Origin: an uncultured Anaerolineaceae bacterium
GTDB taxonomy: Bacteria; Chloroflexota; Anaerolineae; Anaerolineales; UBA4823
Direction: 5' to 3'
NCBI GenBank assembly: GCA_964385625.1
Contig: CAYLPS010000005.1
Location: 220 to 64,219 of the forward strand
DNA length: 64,000 nucleotides
A program made the translations under genes and the position numbers. The notes under the pieces were generated by a model, which saw only the letters and a program-made list of their open reading frames with translations, was not told the origin of the DNA and did no database searches. Shown in pieces: positions 18,121-26,490 of the stretch (position 1 is its first letter; each line of letters opens with the position of its first letter).

Positions 18121-19425
18121 TCATGCTGTTGAATTCTTGCGTAGCTTGAATGCACGCATGGTCTGGTGGATGCGCCGCCTCAGCCATTGCTGGTCGAATT
18201 CAGAGGCATAGACGAAACTCACATCATTCTCATGCGTCCAATCACGGCTGGGGTCAATGCCACTCACGCGATCGAAAAGGGCAGAGCCAGGCAAGGGAAA
18301 AGGCACATTGAAGGATATATCATTAAGAGGCAAGCTGAGAGCCAGGCTGAAGGTTTTCTCGATATCCGCCAGCGTCTCGTTTGGATAACCCACCAGGAAG
18401 AATGCCGCCACTTCGATGCCTGCCTGGCGAAAATATTCCACTGCTTGCATGCCTTCCTCCACGGTCGCTTTCTTGTTCATCAAGCGCAAGGTGGCGTTGC
18501 TTCCTGATTCCAGCCCGAGGTAAACCCGCTGGCACCCGGCTGCCCTCATCAGGCGGGCGATGTCGAGGGTGATGCCGGATACACGCGATAGGCAGGTCCA
18601 TGTCACTCCAAAACCATGGATATGCTGGCAAAACTGGCGCAACAGGTCCAGGTCGATGGTGAAATTGTCATCAGCGATCCACAGCTGGTCGTAACCCAGG
18701 GCTTTGACCTGGCGGATTTCCTCAAAAACCACGAACAGGTTGCGCTTGCGATACATGCTGCCGAAAACCGGGCGTGAGCAAAAATCACAATTATAGGGGC
18801 AACCCAGGGTGATCATGATCGAAGTGGTGCGGGTGCCGTTCTTTTCCATCCAGGCTTTTTGGTAAGCCGCATGCTCGAAATTACTCCGATCGGGGATGGG
18901 GAATTTACCGATTTCCTGCTGGCTGTAGTGAATGAGCGGATTATCCACGACCACGTCCAGGTTGTGGGAGAATAAACCGGGATATTCTCGCAGGTCGAGC
19001 TTATGCAAGGCTTTTCGGCTGGCCATGTAACCAAAATAATCGCTGCAAAAATCCGGGAAGCTTATATCGGCTTCGCCACGGAAGACCAGGTCGAAGGCGC
19101 TGATGTAGCGCTCCGGGTAAAGGGTGGGCATTGGCCCACCAGCAACGAGCAATGCTCCCGGCAGGCGCTCGCGCACCAATTCGGCGAAGCGGAAGGTACT
19201 CTGGTTCAGCAGGATCATTGATGAAAGCCCAACAATATCCGGCTGGTAAGCTAGCAGGCCCTTGGCAATCCGTGAAAAAGTCTGGAAGGTGCAATCGAAG
19301 ATGCGCGCTTCGATTTGCCTCTGTTTCAGCTGGGCTAATAGTGCAGCAGCTCCAAGCGGAGGAAATAACATCTCGGTGGGCGCACGCGTGCGAAAATATG
19401 GGAATACCAGAGCAACCCTGGGCAT
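18121..19425 (-). CDS. B12-binding-domain radical SAM protein (paralogue of 16721-18103)
   Basis: 434 aa. VALVFPYF...PPLGAAALLA...IFDC, then LGCPYNCDFCS. Collinear similarity with the convergent neighbour along the whole length. Confidence 0.85.
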   Translation of the reverse strand: MPRVALVFPYFRTRAPTEMLFPPLGAAALLAQLKQRQIEARIFDCTFQTFSRIAKGLLAYQPDIVGLSSMILLNQSTFRFAELVRERLPGALLVAGGPMPTLYPERYISAFDLVFRGEADISFPDFCSDYFGYMASRKALHKLDLREYPGLFSHNLDVVVDNPLIHYSQQEIGKFPIPDRSNFEHAAYQKAWMEKNGTRTTSIMITLGCPYNCDFCSRPVFGSMYRKRNLFVVFEEIRQVKALGYDQLWIADDNFTIDLDLLRQFCQHIHGFGVTWTCLSRVSGITLDIARLMRAAGCQRVYLGLESGSNATLRLMNKKATVEEGMQAVEYFRQAGIEVAAFFLVGYPNETLADIEKTFSLALSLPLNDISFNVPFPLPGSALFDRVSGIDPSRDWTHENDVSFVYASEFDQQWLRRRIHQTMRAFKLRKNSTA

Positions 19426-19751
19426 GTGCAGACGATCCTTATTTTCCCAAACCTGTCAGCTTGAACCTGCGATCATTGCATAAAATTCACCCTTTGGTAA
19501 TAAGCCAACTTAAATCTCAAAAAAATTCCCAATTACGTTAAAAAAGTATAGCGTAATCATCTTCAGCGAATACCAAAATATGATTAGACGGGGATTAGTA
19601 TTTAATTCTCAGCGCGGAACGGCTGGGTTTTTCAAATTACCAGGAGGCTAATGCAACAGTAATTGTCCTGACCGATAAGAACGCATCTTCCCGTCTGCTC
19701 CCAGTCAGCGGAAGGTGCAGCTTACTGCTCTGTGATTGTTATTCATCCCAA

Positions 19752-20507
19752 TCACCTCGATTTTTTCTTCAGGGGTTCTGGCTGCCACAGGAACAATGTG
19801 CGTAATTCTGCCAGGGTGTGGAATACCATGGCAGGTATCAGACTGCCAACAATACCAACCGGCTGGGTGCTGCTTACTACGGAAAGCAGGTTGCCGCTCA
19901 AAAAGTAGACAACGGCGAAGCTGAACCCATTGAGCGAGTTTTGCAGGATGCCCCGGCCTCCCATGTATGCGTGGCTGAGACCATAAACAATGCCGGAGAT
20001 GATTGAGGCCAGCAGGAAATCCAGCCCTGGGAAAGTGATGGCCAGGAAGTTGAGCAGGAAACCGCGATACAGCAGTTCTTCGCAGATGCCGGCGGTGATG
20101 GCTGCGATGGCGAACCATTTACGCTCTTGGGAGGTGGAAGGCAGCAACACCGCAGACGATTCCAGGCTGCGTTGCATATTTTGCAAAGCGCCCGGGCTCC
20201 TGCGGATCAGCCAGGTGGACAGCGCCACCCCCAAGAGCAGGCCCACCATGATGATCCACCCTAGCAGGCCGGGCACAGTAATGCCCAGCTGAAGCAGCGG
20301 CTCTGGCCGGGGGATGAAGATGATGATGATCAACACCACCCAGCTCCACTCCCACAACACCTGGGTGCGATAAAAAAGCAGGCGGGCGCTCGTATCTTTA
20401 GTGAGCGATTTCTTCAGGTTGCGGTAAAAATTGGTGCGCAGAAACGGCTCAACCAGCACGGTGTAAGCGGCCAGTAGCAAGGTGAGGATGTCTGAAATCA
20501 GAGGCAT
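19752..20507 (-). CDS. CPBP family intramembrane glutamic endopeptidase (CAAX protease/Abi-like)
   Basis: 251 aa, multi-TM. Motif 1 is CEELLYRGF; a later histidine motif is GLSHAY. Confidence 0.8.
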   Translation of the reverse strand: MPLISDILTLLLAAYTVLVEPFLRTNFYRNLKKSLTKDTSARLLFYRTQVLWEWSWVVLIIIIFIPRPEPLLQLGITVPGLLGWIIMVGLLLGVALSTWLIRRSPGALQNMQRSLESSAVLLPSTSQERKWFAIAAITAGICEELLYRGFLLNFLAITFPGLDFLLASIISGIVYGLSHAYMGGRGILQNSLNGFSFAVVYFLSGNLLSVVSSTQPVGIVGSLIPAMVFHTLAELRTLFLWQPEPLKKKSR

Positions 20508-20665
20508 GAGGGAATCACCTGGAAAGGAGATGGGGGGTGAGATTCATGATACTAATTTTACCCCAGCACGACGCCTGCCGTGTTGAAAAAATCGGAGTGT
20601 CTAAAACAAGAGCTAACTAAATTGCCAGGAATTGACATAGATGCCCGTGCCTTTCAATTCTGTCA

Positions 20666-20693
20666 TTTACTTTTTGTGTGCAATTGCTATAAT
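20666..20693 (+). promoter_or_regulatory. candidate orphan promoter (extended -10)
   Basis: TTTACT (20666-20671), 16-nt spacer, TGcTATAAT (20685-20693). No annotated gene lies downstream before the ileS promoter. Confidence 0.35.
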
Positions 20694-20917
20694 GAAATCG
20701 CAAGGGATTAGTGAAATAAATCATTTATTGACAGATAGAAAAAAGGACAGCCCATAAGAAAATACATCTTGCAAGCTATACTCGAATTCACACTATTCCT
20801 CTTCTCGCCCATCAGTTTATCATGAAAGGAGGGACCGGGTAAGCTAATTATTACAATGCAATTCGTCCAACCTAATAGGGGGAAGCACGACCACCAATGA
20901 CCTGCTGAGGTCATCAA

Positions 20918-20946
20918 ACTGGATGAAGCATTCCAGTCCATTTTTT
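20918..20946 (+). terminator. candidate intrinsic terminator with no annotated upstream gene
   Basis: ACTGGA (20918-20923) pairs with TCCAGT (20932-20937), followed by CCA and T6 (20941-20946). It is flanked by further hairpins at 20898-20913 and 20955-20977 (9-bp GAAACCGGC/GCCGGTTTC). Confidence 0.4.
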
Positions 20947-21081
20947 CAGGTGTAGAAACCGGCTTTTCGCCGGTTTCTCATTATTATATGTCATGCCGTC
21001 ACTAAAGCTGAATTTCCAGGATATACTCACCTTTTTCACCTGGTAACTCGTTGCTTGCTCACCAATCCCTTCTCTCCCCGA

Positions 21082-21110
21082 TTGACCAATCCCTTAATTT
21101 ATGGCATAAT
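21082..21110 (+). promoter_or_regulatory. candidate promoter of the ileS T-box leader
   Basis: TTGACC (21082-21087), 17-nt spacer, TGgCATAAT (21102-21110). Confidence 0.5.
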
Positions 21111-21116
21111 CCAGCG

Positions 21117-21421
21117 CAATTGGTCTTTGAAAAGCGATGATGGAAACGAGTATGCCTGCTTGCCTGCCAGCGACCCCGGGGATGGTGCGAGCCGGGGCAG
21201 TGCTACAGGCTGAAAATCCTTCCGGAGCTGCAATCTGAACACGCTGAGGCGCCAGTAAGAAAGCCGGATTTGCCAGACGTTACCCCAGGCACGTGGATCG
21301 TCTCCTGCTAAATATGTAGACTGTCTGCGCAGCGGAGGTGCTCGCCCAATAGCGAGAACCAGGGTGGTACCGCGGGAGTGTTATTATTTGCTCTCGTCCC
21401 TGAGCTGGGATGAGAGTTTTT
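21117..21421 (+). promoter_or_regulatory. T-box riboswitch leader (tRNA-Ile sensing)
   Basis: Stem I elements: GCGATGATGGAAACGAGTA (K-turn/GA motif), AGCGA bulge and a GGATGGTGCGAG distal loop closed by CCCCGG/CCGGGG. The canonical T-box sequence GGGTGGTACCGCG is at 21362-21374. The candidate specifier AUC at 21216-21218 sits in GAAAAUCC. A terminator follows. Confidence 0.85.
21391..21421 (+). terminator. T-box expression-platform terminator
   Basis: CTCTCGTCCC (21391-21400) pairs with GGGATGAGAG (21407-21416, one G-U), followed by T5. The 5' arm can alternatively pair with CGGGAG of the T-box sequence to form the antiterminator. Confidence 0.75.
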
Positions 21422-21586
21422 CATTAATAATTGTCCATCGCTAGAAGCGGGCTTAGTGACATGGCAATCTGCACTTTATTAATAGATCAGGGTGCGAAAT
21501 AGTTGTTGGTTTGCGTTGCAAGAGCAGATTGCTTCAGGTTGGTAAACTCATCCAACCCACGCGATGACAAAAAGATTGGAGGAAAT

Positions 21587-24500
21587 ATGCCATTTCAAGA
21601 AGTGTCTAATAAAGTTGATTTCCAGGCGCAGGAGCGTGAGATTCTCAAGTTTTGGGAAGACAGCCATGCCTTCGAGAAAATGGTTGCCATACACAAGGGA
21701 CAGCCTCGCTGGTCGTTCATCGATGGGCCTATTACAGCCAATAACCCCATGGGCGTGCACCATGGCTGGGGACGCACTTACAAGGACCTGATGCTGCGCT
21801 TCCGCACCATGCAGGGGCACGAGCTGCGCTACCAGAACGGCTTTGATTGCCAGGGGCTGTGGGTGGAAGTGAACGTGGAGCGCGACCTGGGCTTCAAGAC
21901 CAAGCTGGACATTGAAGATTTCGGGCTGGCGAAGTTCGTACTCAAGTGCAAGGAGCGCGTGCTGCGCTATGCCGCCGTGCAGACCGAGCAATCCATCCGC
22001 CTGGGATACTGGATGGATTGGAATGACCCCACCTTGCTTAACGACCTGGCGGATAAGTTAATGGAAGACCCTGCCCAGGTAATCACCGTCCCCGGGCAAA
22101 AAGGGGCGTATACCGACACGGTGGAGCAGGTGGTGGCTCACCTGGGCCTGCCGGAGCTGGGTGGGAGTTACTTCACTTTCTCCAACGAGAACAACTACAT
22201 GATCTGGGCCTTCCTGAAGAAGTGCTGGCAGAACGGCTGGCTGTACAAGGGGGATGACGTGATGCCCTGGTGCCCGCGCTGCGCCACGGGGCTCAGCCAG
22301 CACGAGATCGCCACCGAGGGCTACCAGGAGCTGACCCACAACTCAGTAACCCTGCGCTTCCCGCTTTTGGGACGCGAAAATGAATCCCTGCTGGTGTGGA
22401 CAACCACACCCTGGACGCTCACCAGCAATGTGGCCGCTGCGGTGGGCCCTGAGCTCACCTATGCCAGAGTACGCCAGGGTGACCAGGTTCTGTACCTCTC
22501 CAGGGGTACGCTGGATATGCTCAAAGGGCCATACGAATTGCTGGGAGAGCTAAAAGGTGCCGAGATGGAGGGCTGGCGCTATGCCGGCCCGTTCGATGAC
22601 CTGCCACCGGCTCAACGACCGGGCGGCTACACCTCGCTCACCGTGCTGATCCGGGACGTGAAGCAAAGCGCGGTAGAGGCTCACAGGGTGATCCTGTGGG
22701 ATGCGGTGGGCGAAGAGGAGGGCACCGGCATCGTGCACATCGCCCCCGGCGCTGGCGCGGAAGATTTCCAGCTGGGCAAAGAGAACCACCTGCCGATCAT
22801 CGCCCCCTTGAACGAGGAGGGTGAATTCCTGGACGGTTTCGGCTGGTTGAGCGGCAGGCACGTTTTGGAAGTGGCTGAGCTAATCTTCGATGACCTGCGC
22901 CGTAAAGGTTTGCTGTACCGCGTGGAACCCTACACCCACCGTTACCCGGTATGCTGGCGTTGTGGCACCGAGCTGGTGTTCCGCCTGGTGGATGAGTGGT
23001 TCATCAGCATGGGAAAGACCTACGACAAGCCGCGTGAAGAGCTGAGCTCCGAGGAAAAAGCCCGCTCGCTGCGCTACCAGATCATGGATGTGGTGGATCA
23101 GATCAAGTGGATCCCTGATTTCGGCTATGCGCGTGAGATGGATTGGCTTCGCAACATGCACGATTGGATGATCAGCAAAAAGCGCTATTGGGGGTTAGCG
23201 CTGCCCATCTGGGAATGCGAGGCCTGCGGTAATTTCGAGGTCATCGGTGGCGACGATGAGCTACAGCAGCGCGCCACCGCCGGCCTGGATGTGCTGGACG
23301 GACATACCCCCCACCGGCCGTATATCGATGCAGTTACCATCGCCTGCTCGAAGTGCGGGGGAGACATGCAGCGCGTGCGCGATGTGGGCAACCCCTGGCT
23401 GGATGCCGGTATCGTACCCTTCAGCACGCTCAGCTATCGCAAGGATCCCGATTATTGGCGCACCTGGTACCCGGCCAGGTGGATCAGCGAATCATTCCCC
23501 GGGCAGTTTCGTAACTGGTTTTATAGCCTGCTGGCTATGGCTACGGTGATGGATGGCACTCCACCTTTCCTGGAGAACTTCGGTTACGCCACTTTGCTCG
23601 GGCCTGATGGACGCCCCATGCACAAGAGCTGGGGAAATATGATCGAGTTCAACGAGGCCGCCGAAAAGATGGGGGTGGACGTGATGCGCTGGCTGTTCTG
23701 CACGCACAAGCCCGAGAGTGACCTGATATTCGGCTATGAATCTGATGCATTGCACACTTTTAGGAGTGGGAACGATGTGCGTAAGGAATTCATCATGCCC
23801 TTATGGAATGCCTACAGCTTCTTCACCAATTATGCCCGCCTGGACGGCTGGCTGCCGAATGGTGACTTCGATGCAAGCCTTCCCGAAGGTGATACCCCAC
23901 GCAGCGATAACCTGCTGGATCGCTGGATCCTGGCACGCCTCAACCAGGTGGTGGCGCAAGTAAGCGCTTATCTCGAGGCCTCCGACCCGATGAATGCCAG
24001 CCTGACCTGCGAGGCATTCCTGGACGACCTGACCAACTGGTACATCCGGCGCTCGCGGCGGCGCTACTGGAAATCGGAGCACGACGAAGATAAGAACACC
24101 GCCTATGCCACCCTGTACCACGTGCTGGTCAAGTTCGCCAGGGTCCTTGCTCCTTTTATCCCCTTCACCAGCGAGGTGATTTACCAAAACCTGGTGCGCA
24201 ATATTCGCCCGGAAGCCTACGATAGCATCCACCATACGGCATGGCCCGAGGTGGACCAGAGCAGCGTGGATGAAGCCTTACAGGAGCAGATGGGCCTGGC
24301 CAGGAAGATCGCTTCCCTGGGGCACAGCGCCAGGAAAAGCACCGGCATCAAGGTGAAGCAGCCGCTCAGCAAGGTGATGGTGTATGCCGGTCAAGCGCTG
24401 CTGCGCGATGAGCTGGTGGAGATCGTGAAAGATGAGCTGAATGTCAAGGTCTTTGAGTTCGTCGAACAGCAAGGCGCGTTGGTAAATTACAGGGTGCTGC

Positions 24501-25018
24501 CAGATAACAAGATATTGGGTCCCAGGTTCGGGGCACGCTTCCCGCAAGTGCGTGCCGCCCTGGCACAGTTAGACCCTGCCAGGGTGGTTGCCAGCGTGAG
24601 TGCCGGGTCGCCAGTCACATTGCAGCTGGACGGTGAAACGGTCGAGCTGGAATCCACCAGCCTCCTGGTGAGCAGCGAGCCGCGCCCGGGTTTGGCTGTG
24701 GCAGGTGATAAATATGCCACCGTGGGCATCGACACCTCCCTCACCCCCCAGCTAAAGCTGGAAGGCCTGGCGCGCGAAGTGGTGCGCCTCGTCCAGGATA
24801 TGCGCAAGAAAGCCGGCTTCAACATCGAGGATCGCATCACCACCTGCTACCAGGCAGAAGGTGTGTTGGTGCAGGTAATTACAACCTGGGGCGATTACAT
24901 TCAATCTGAGACGCTTACCACCCGCCTGCTGGATGCCCCACCCATCGAGGGGTCTTACGTGGAACAATTTGAGCTGGAGGGTGAGAATCTCTTACTGGCA
25001 ATAAAGCAGAATAATTGA
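21587..25018 (+). CDS. ileS: isoleucine--tRNA ligase (long, type-2-like form)
   Basis: The ORF track starts at 21503, inside the leader. GGAGGA lies upstream of the ATG at 21587, giving MPFQEVSNKVDFQAQEREILKFWED. HIGH-type motif PMGVHHGWGRT, editing-domain insertion, KMSKS-type MHKSWGN. About 1143 aa. Confidence 0.93.
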   Translation: MPFQEVSNKVDFQAQEREILKFWEDSHAFEKMVAIHKGQPRWSFIDGPITANNPMGVHHGWGRTYKDLMLRFRTMQGHELRYQNGFDCQGLWVEVNVERDLGFKTKLDIEDFGLAKFVLKCKERVLRYAAVQTEQSIRLGYWMDWNDPTLLNDLADKLMEDPAQVITVPGQKGAYTDTVEQVVAHLGLPELGGSYFTFSNENNYMIWAFLKKCWQNGWLYKGDDVMPWCPRCATGLSQHEIATEGYQELTHNSVTLRFPLLGRENESLLVWTTTPWTLTSNVAAAVGPELTYARVRQGDQVLYLSRGTLDMLKGPYELLGELKGAEMEGWRYAGPFDDLPPAQRPGGYTSLTVLIRDVKQSAVEAHRVILWDAVGEEEGTGIVHIAPGAGAEDFQLGKENHLPIIAPLNEEGEFLDGFGWLSGRHVLEVAELIFDDLRRKGLLYRVEPYTHRYPVCWRCGTELVFRLVDEWFISMGKTYDKPREELSSEEKARSLRYQIMDVVDQIKWIPDFGYAREMDWLRNMHDWMISKKRYWGLALPIWECEACGNFEVIGGDDELQQRATAGLDVLDGHTPHRPYIDAVTIACSKCGGDMQRVRDVGNPWLDAGIVPFSTLSYRKDPDYWRTWYPARWISESFPGQFRNWFYSLLAMATVMDGTPPFLENFGYATLLGPDGRPMHKSWGNMIEFNEAAEKMGVDVMRWLFCTHKPESDLIFGYESDALHTFRSGNDVRKEFIMPLWNAYSFFTNYARLDGWLPNGDFDASLPEGDTPRSDNLLDRWILARLNQVVAQVSAYLEASDPMNASLTCEAFLDDLTNWYIRRSRRRYWKSEHDEDKNTAYATLYHVLVKFARVLAPFIPFTSEVIYQNLVRNIRPEAYDSIHHTAWPEVDQSSVDEALQEQMGLARKIASLGHSARKSTGIKVKQPLSKVMVYAGQALLRDELVEIVKDELNVKVFEFVEQQGALVNYRVLPDNKILGPRFGARFPQVRAALAQLDPARVVASVSAGSPVTLQLDGETVELESTSLLVSSEPRPGLAVAGDKYATVGIDTSLTPQLKLEGLAREVVRLVQDMRKKAGFNIEDRITTCYQAEGVLVQVITTWGDYIQSETLTTRLLDAPPIEGSYVEQFELEGENLLLAIKQNN

Positions 25019-25099
25019 TGGCTCAACTTTTTTCAGGGGCACCATACATGGAAAAAGGAGATCTTTAACCTCCGCGAAGTCTCATCTGGAAGCATAAAA

Positions 25100-25133
25100 G
25101 GAGAGGTGTGATGGGTGCCCATCACACCTCTCC
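25100..25133. terminator. perfect 15-bp hairpin between convergent genes (possible bidirectional terminator)
   Basis: GGAGAGGTGTGATGG (25100-25114), GTGC loop, CCATCACACCTCTCC (25119-25133). No long T tract on either side. Confidence 0.45.
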
Positions 25134-25261
25134 AGTTTCATTGACAACAGCGATAAGGGGCACGTATACCTTTACTCTGCCCTCCGCATTAATAGAAAAA
25201 TGGGGAGAGACAACAATACTTCCTGCTATACAGGTCAGGAGATTGCATGACGTAACCAGGC

Positions 25262-25774
25262 TTATTTACCAGTAATTGCGAACCAGGCAGTGCCTGCGCC
25301 ATTGGTGATGAAAATAATCGGGGCGATGCAGGTCTCGGGCAAAGCTATCCTGGCATGGATATTTGAATTCCCACCGCCCATGATAGCTGGTCCAGTTGTC
25401 GCCGGGAACGCGCCACCGAAGAAATTGTTGACACTGCCATCCGTGTTTAAGCAACTCACCACAACGCCGAACTCAGGAAGGGTATTAGACCCCTCATTTG
25501 GTCCGGCTGCGAATACCAATCCTCTGACATTTACCACGAGATTTCCGTTGCTGCTAAAAACGCCGTTGGCTGAGGTCAGCATCCATGGAAGACCACCGCC
25601 GTTCATATCACGAATGGGAAACTGATCACCGGTTAATTCCTGGGGCAGGCCAGCCATGTTGTTGAACTGCAGGATGTTCCCTACATTTGCCTGGGCGGGT
25701 GACAATGGAGCTGAGACGAATATCCAGCTCAGGGCGAGTGCGAATACGAATGTAATGGATAGTATTTTTTTCAT
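25262..25774 (-). CDS. secreted hypothetical protein
   Basis: GGGAGGA sits 6 nt upstream of the ATG at 25774; the track start at 25789 is less likely. Signal peptide MKKILSITFVFALALSWIFVSAPLSPAQA. No family recognised. Confidence 0.6.
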   Translation of the reverse strand: MKKILSITFVFALALSWIFVSAPLSPAQANVGNILQFNNMAGLPQELTGDQFPIRDMNGGGLPWMLTSANGVFSSNGNLVVNVRGLVFAAGPNEGSNTLPEFGVVVSCLNTDGSVNNFFGGAFPATTGPAIMGGGNSNIHARIALPETCIAPIIFITNGAGTAWFAITGK

Positions 25775-25952
25775 TGAATTTCCTCCCATAAGTTTAGTAT
25801 TACCAATCTACAACGTGCCCATCATCGTAGATGGTTTATTAATATAGCGCCAGGTATTCAATGCCTTTAAATAATAATGATTGGGAAAAGTCTAATTGCG
25901 GATTAATCTGGATCGAAGATGGGCAGTATGATCTTGGTGATGCCTGCTGTTC

Positions 25953-26285
25953 CTACAGCTCTTCCTTCTCCTGCTGCTCCTGCTTCTCTTCCAGCACTTG
26001 CTGGGTTCGCCTTTCCTTCAGGTACTCCTGCTCCTGTTGCTGGTCGATTTGCAGGCGCTTATCTTTTTTCTTCTTTTGAAGCTCTTCCTGTTGCCGATCC
26101 AAAACCAGGCGCTCTTCCTGCTTCTTGAGGCGCTCCTTCTCCTGTTGCTGCTCGAGCTTGTGTTGCTCTTTCATGCGCTGCAGGCGTTTTACCTCCTGCT
26201 GTTTCTCCAGCTCGCGCTGCTCGCGCTGCTCGTGCTGCCATTGCTTGAATTTCTCTTGTTCGGTTAACTCATCATCAGGGATCAT
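25953..26285 (-). CDS. E/K/Q-rich low-complexity (coiled-coil-like) protein
   Basis: AAGAGGTGG upstream of the ATG at 26285. Sequence ...QEKFKQWQHEQREQRELEKQQEVKRLQRMKEQHKLEQQQEKERLKKQEE... The opposite-strand ORFs here are Cys/Leu/Ser runs and look like artefacts. Confidence 0.45.
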   Translation of the reverse strand: MIPDDELTEQEKFKQWQHEQREQRELEKQQEVKRLQRMKEQHKLEQQQEKERLKKQEERLVLDRQQEELQKKKKDKRLQIDQQQEQEYLKERRTQQVLEEKQEQQEKEEL

Positions 26286-26490
26286 CACTGCCACCTCTTA
26301 CTTCATAGTATAGACTAAATCTTTAGAAATTAGAAGGCTCATTTAACAAGATAGACGGAAAAAAATAGTTCCTTCAGCAGCCTCCTTAAATTAATTATTA
26401 ATGACCTTTAATGGTTTTTACTCCCCGGTACCACGCCAGGCTACCTTTTCGGGTACAATAAACAAAATCTCGGCACCCGGCAGGCATACT

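Noticed and set aside
19426-19751. Search for a RiPP precursor peptide between the CPBP protease and the second B12-radical SAM gene
   Set aside because: Only 12-16-codon ORFs without SDs are present on the relevant strand (MRSYRSGQLLLH, MITLYFFNVIGNFFEI). There is nothing resembling a leader or core peptide.
20708-20941. 77-aa minus-strand ORF in the AT-rich spacer
   Set aside because: It has no SD and an odd composition (Trp/Cys/Phe-rich). It overlaps the hairpin cluster, which is better explained as RNA structure.
21503-21586. N-terminal 28-aa extension of IleS given by the ORF track
   Set aside because: The extension has no SD and is not IleS-like. GGAGGA precedes the ATG at 21587, which gives a canonical IleS N-terminus.
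25861-26313. Plus-strand Cys/Ser/Leu-rich ORFs (25861-26079, 25998-26267, 26125-26313)
   Set aside because: They are mirror-image artefacts of a purine-skewed low-complexity region. Poly-Leu and poly-Cys products are implausible.
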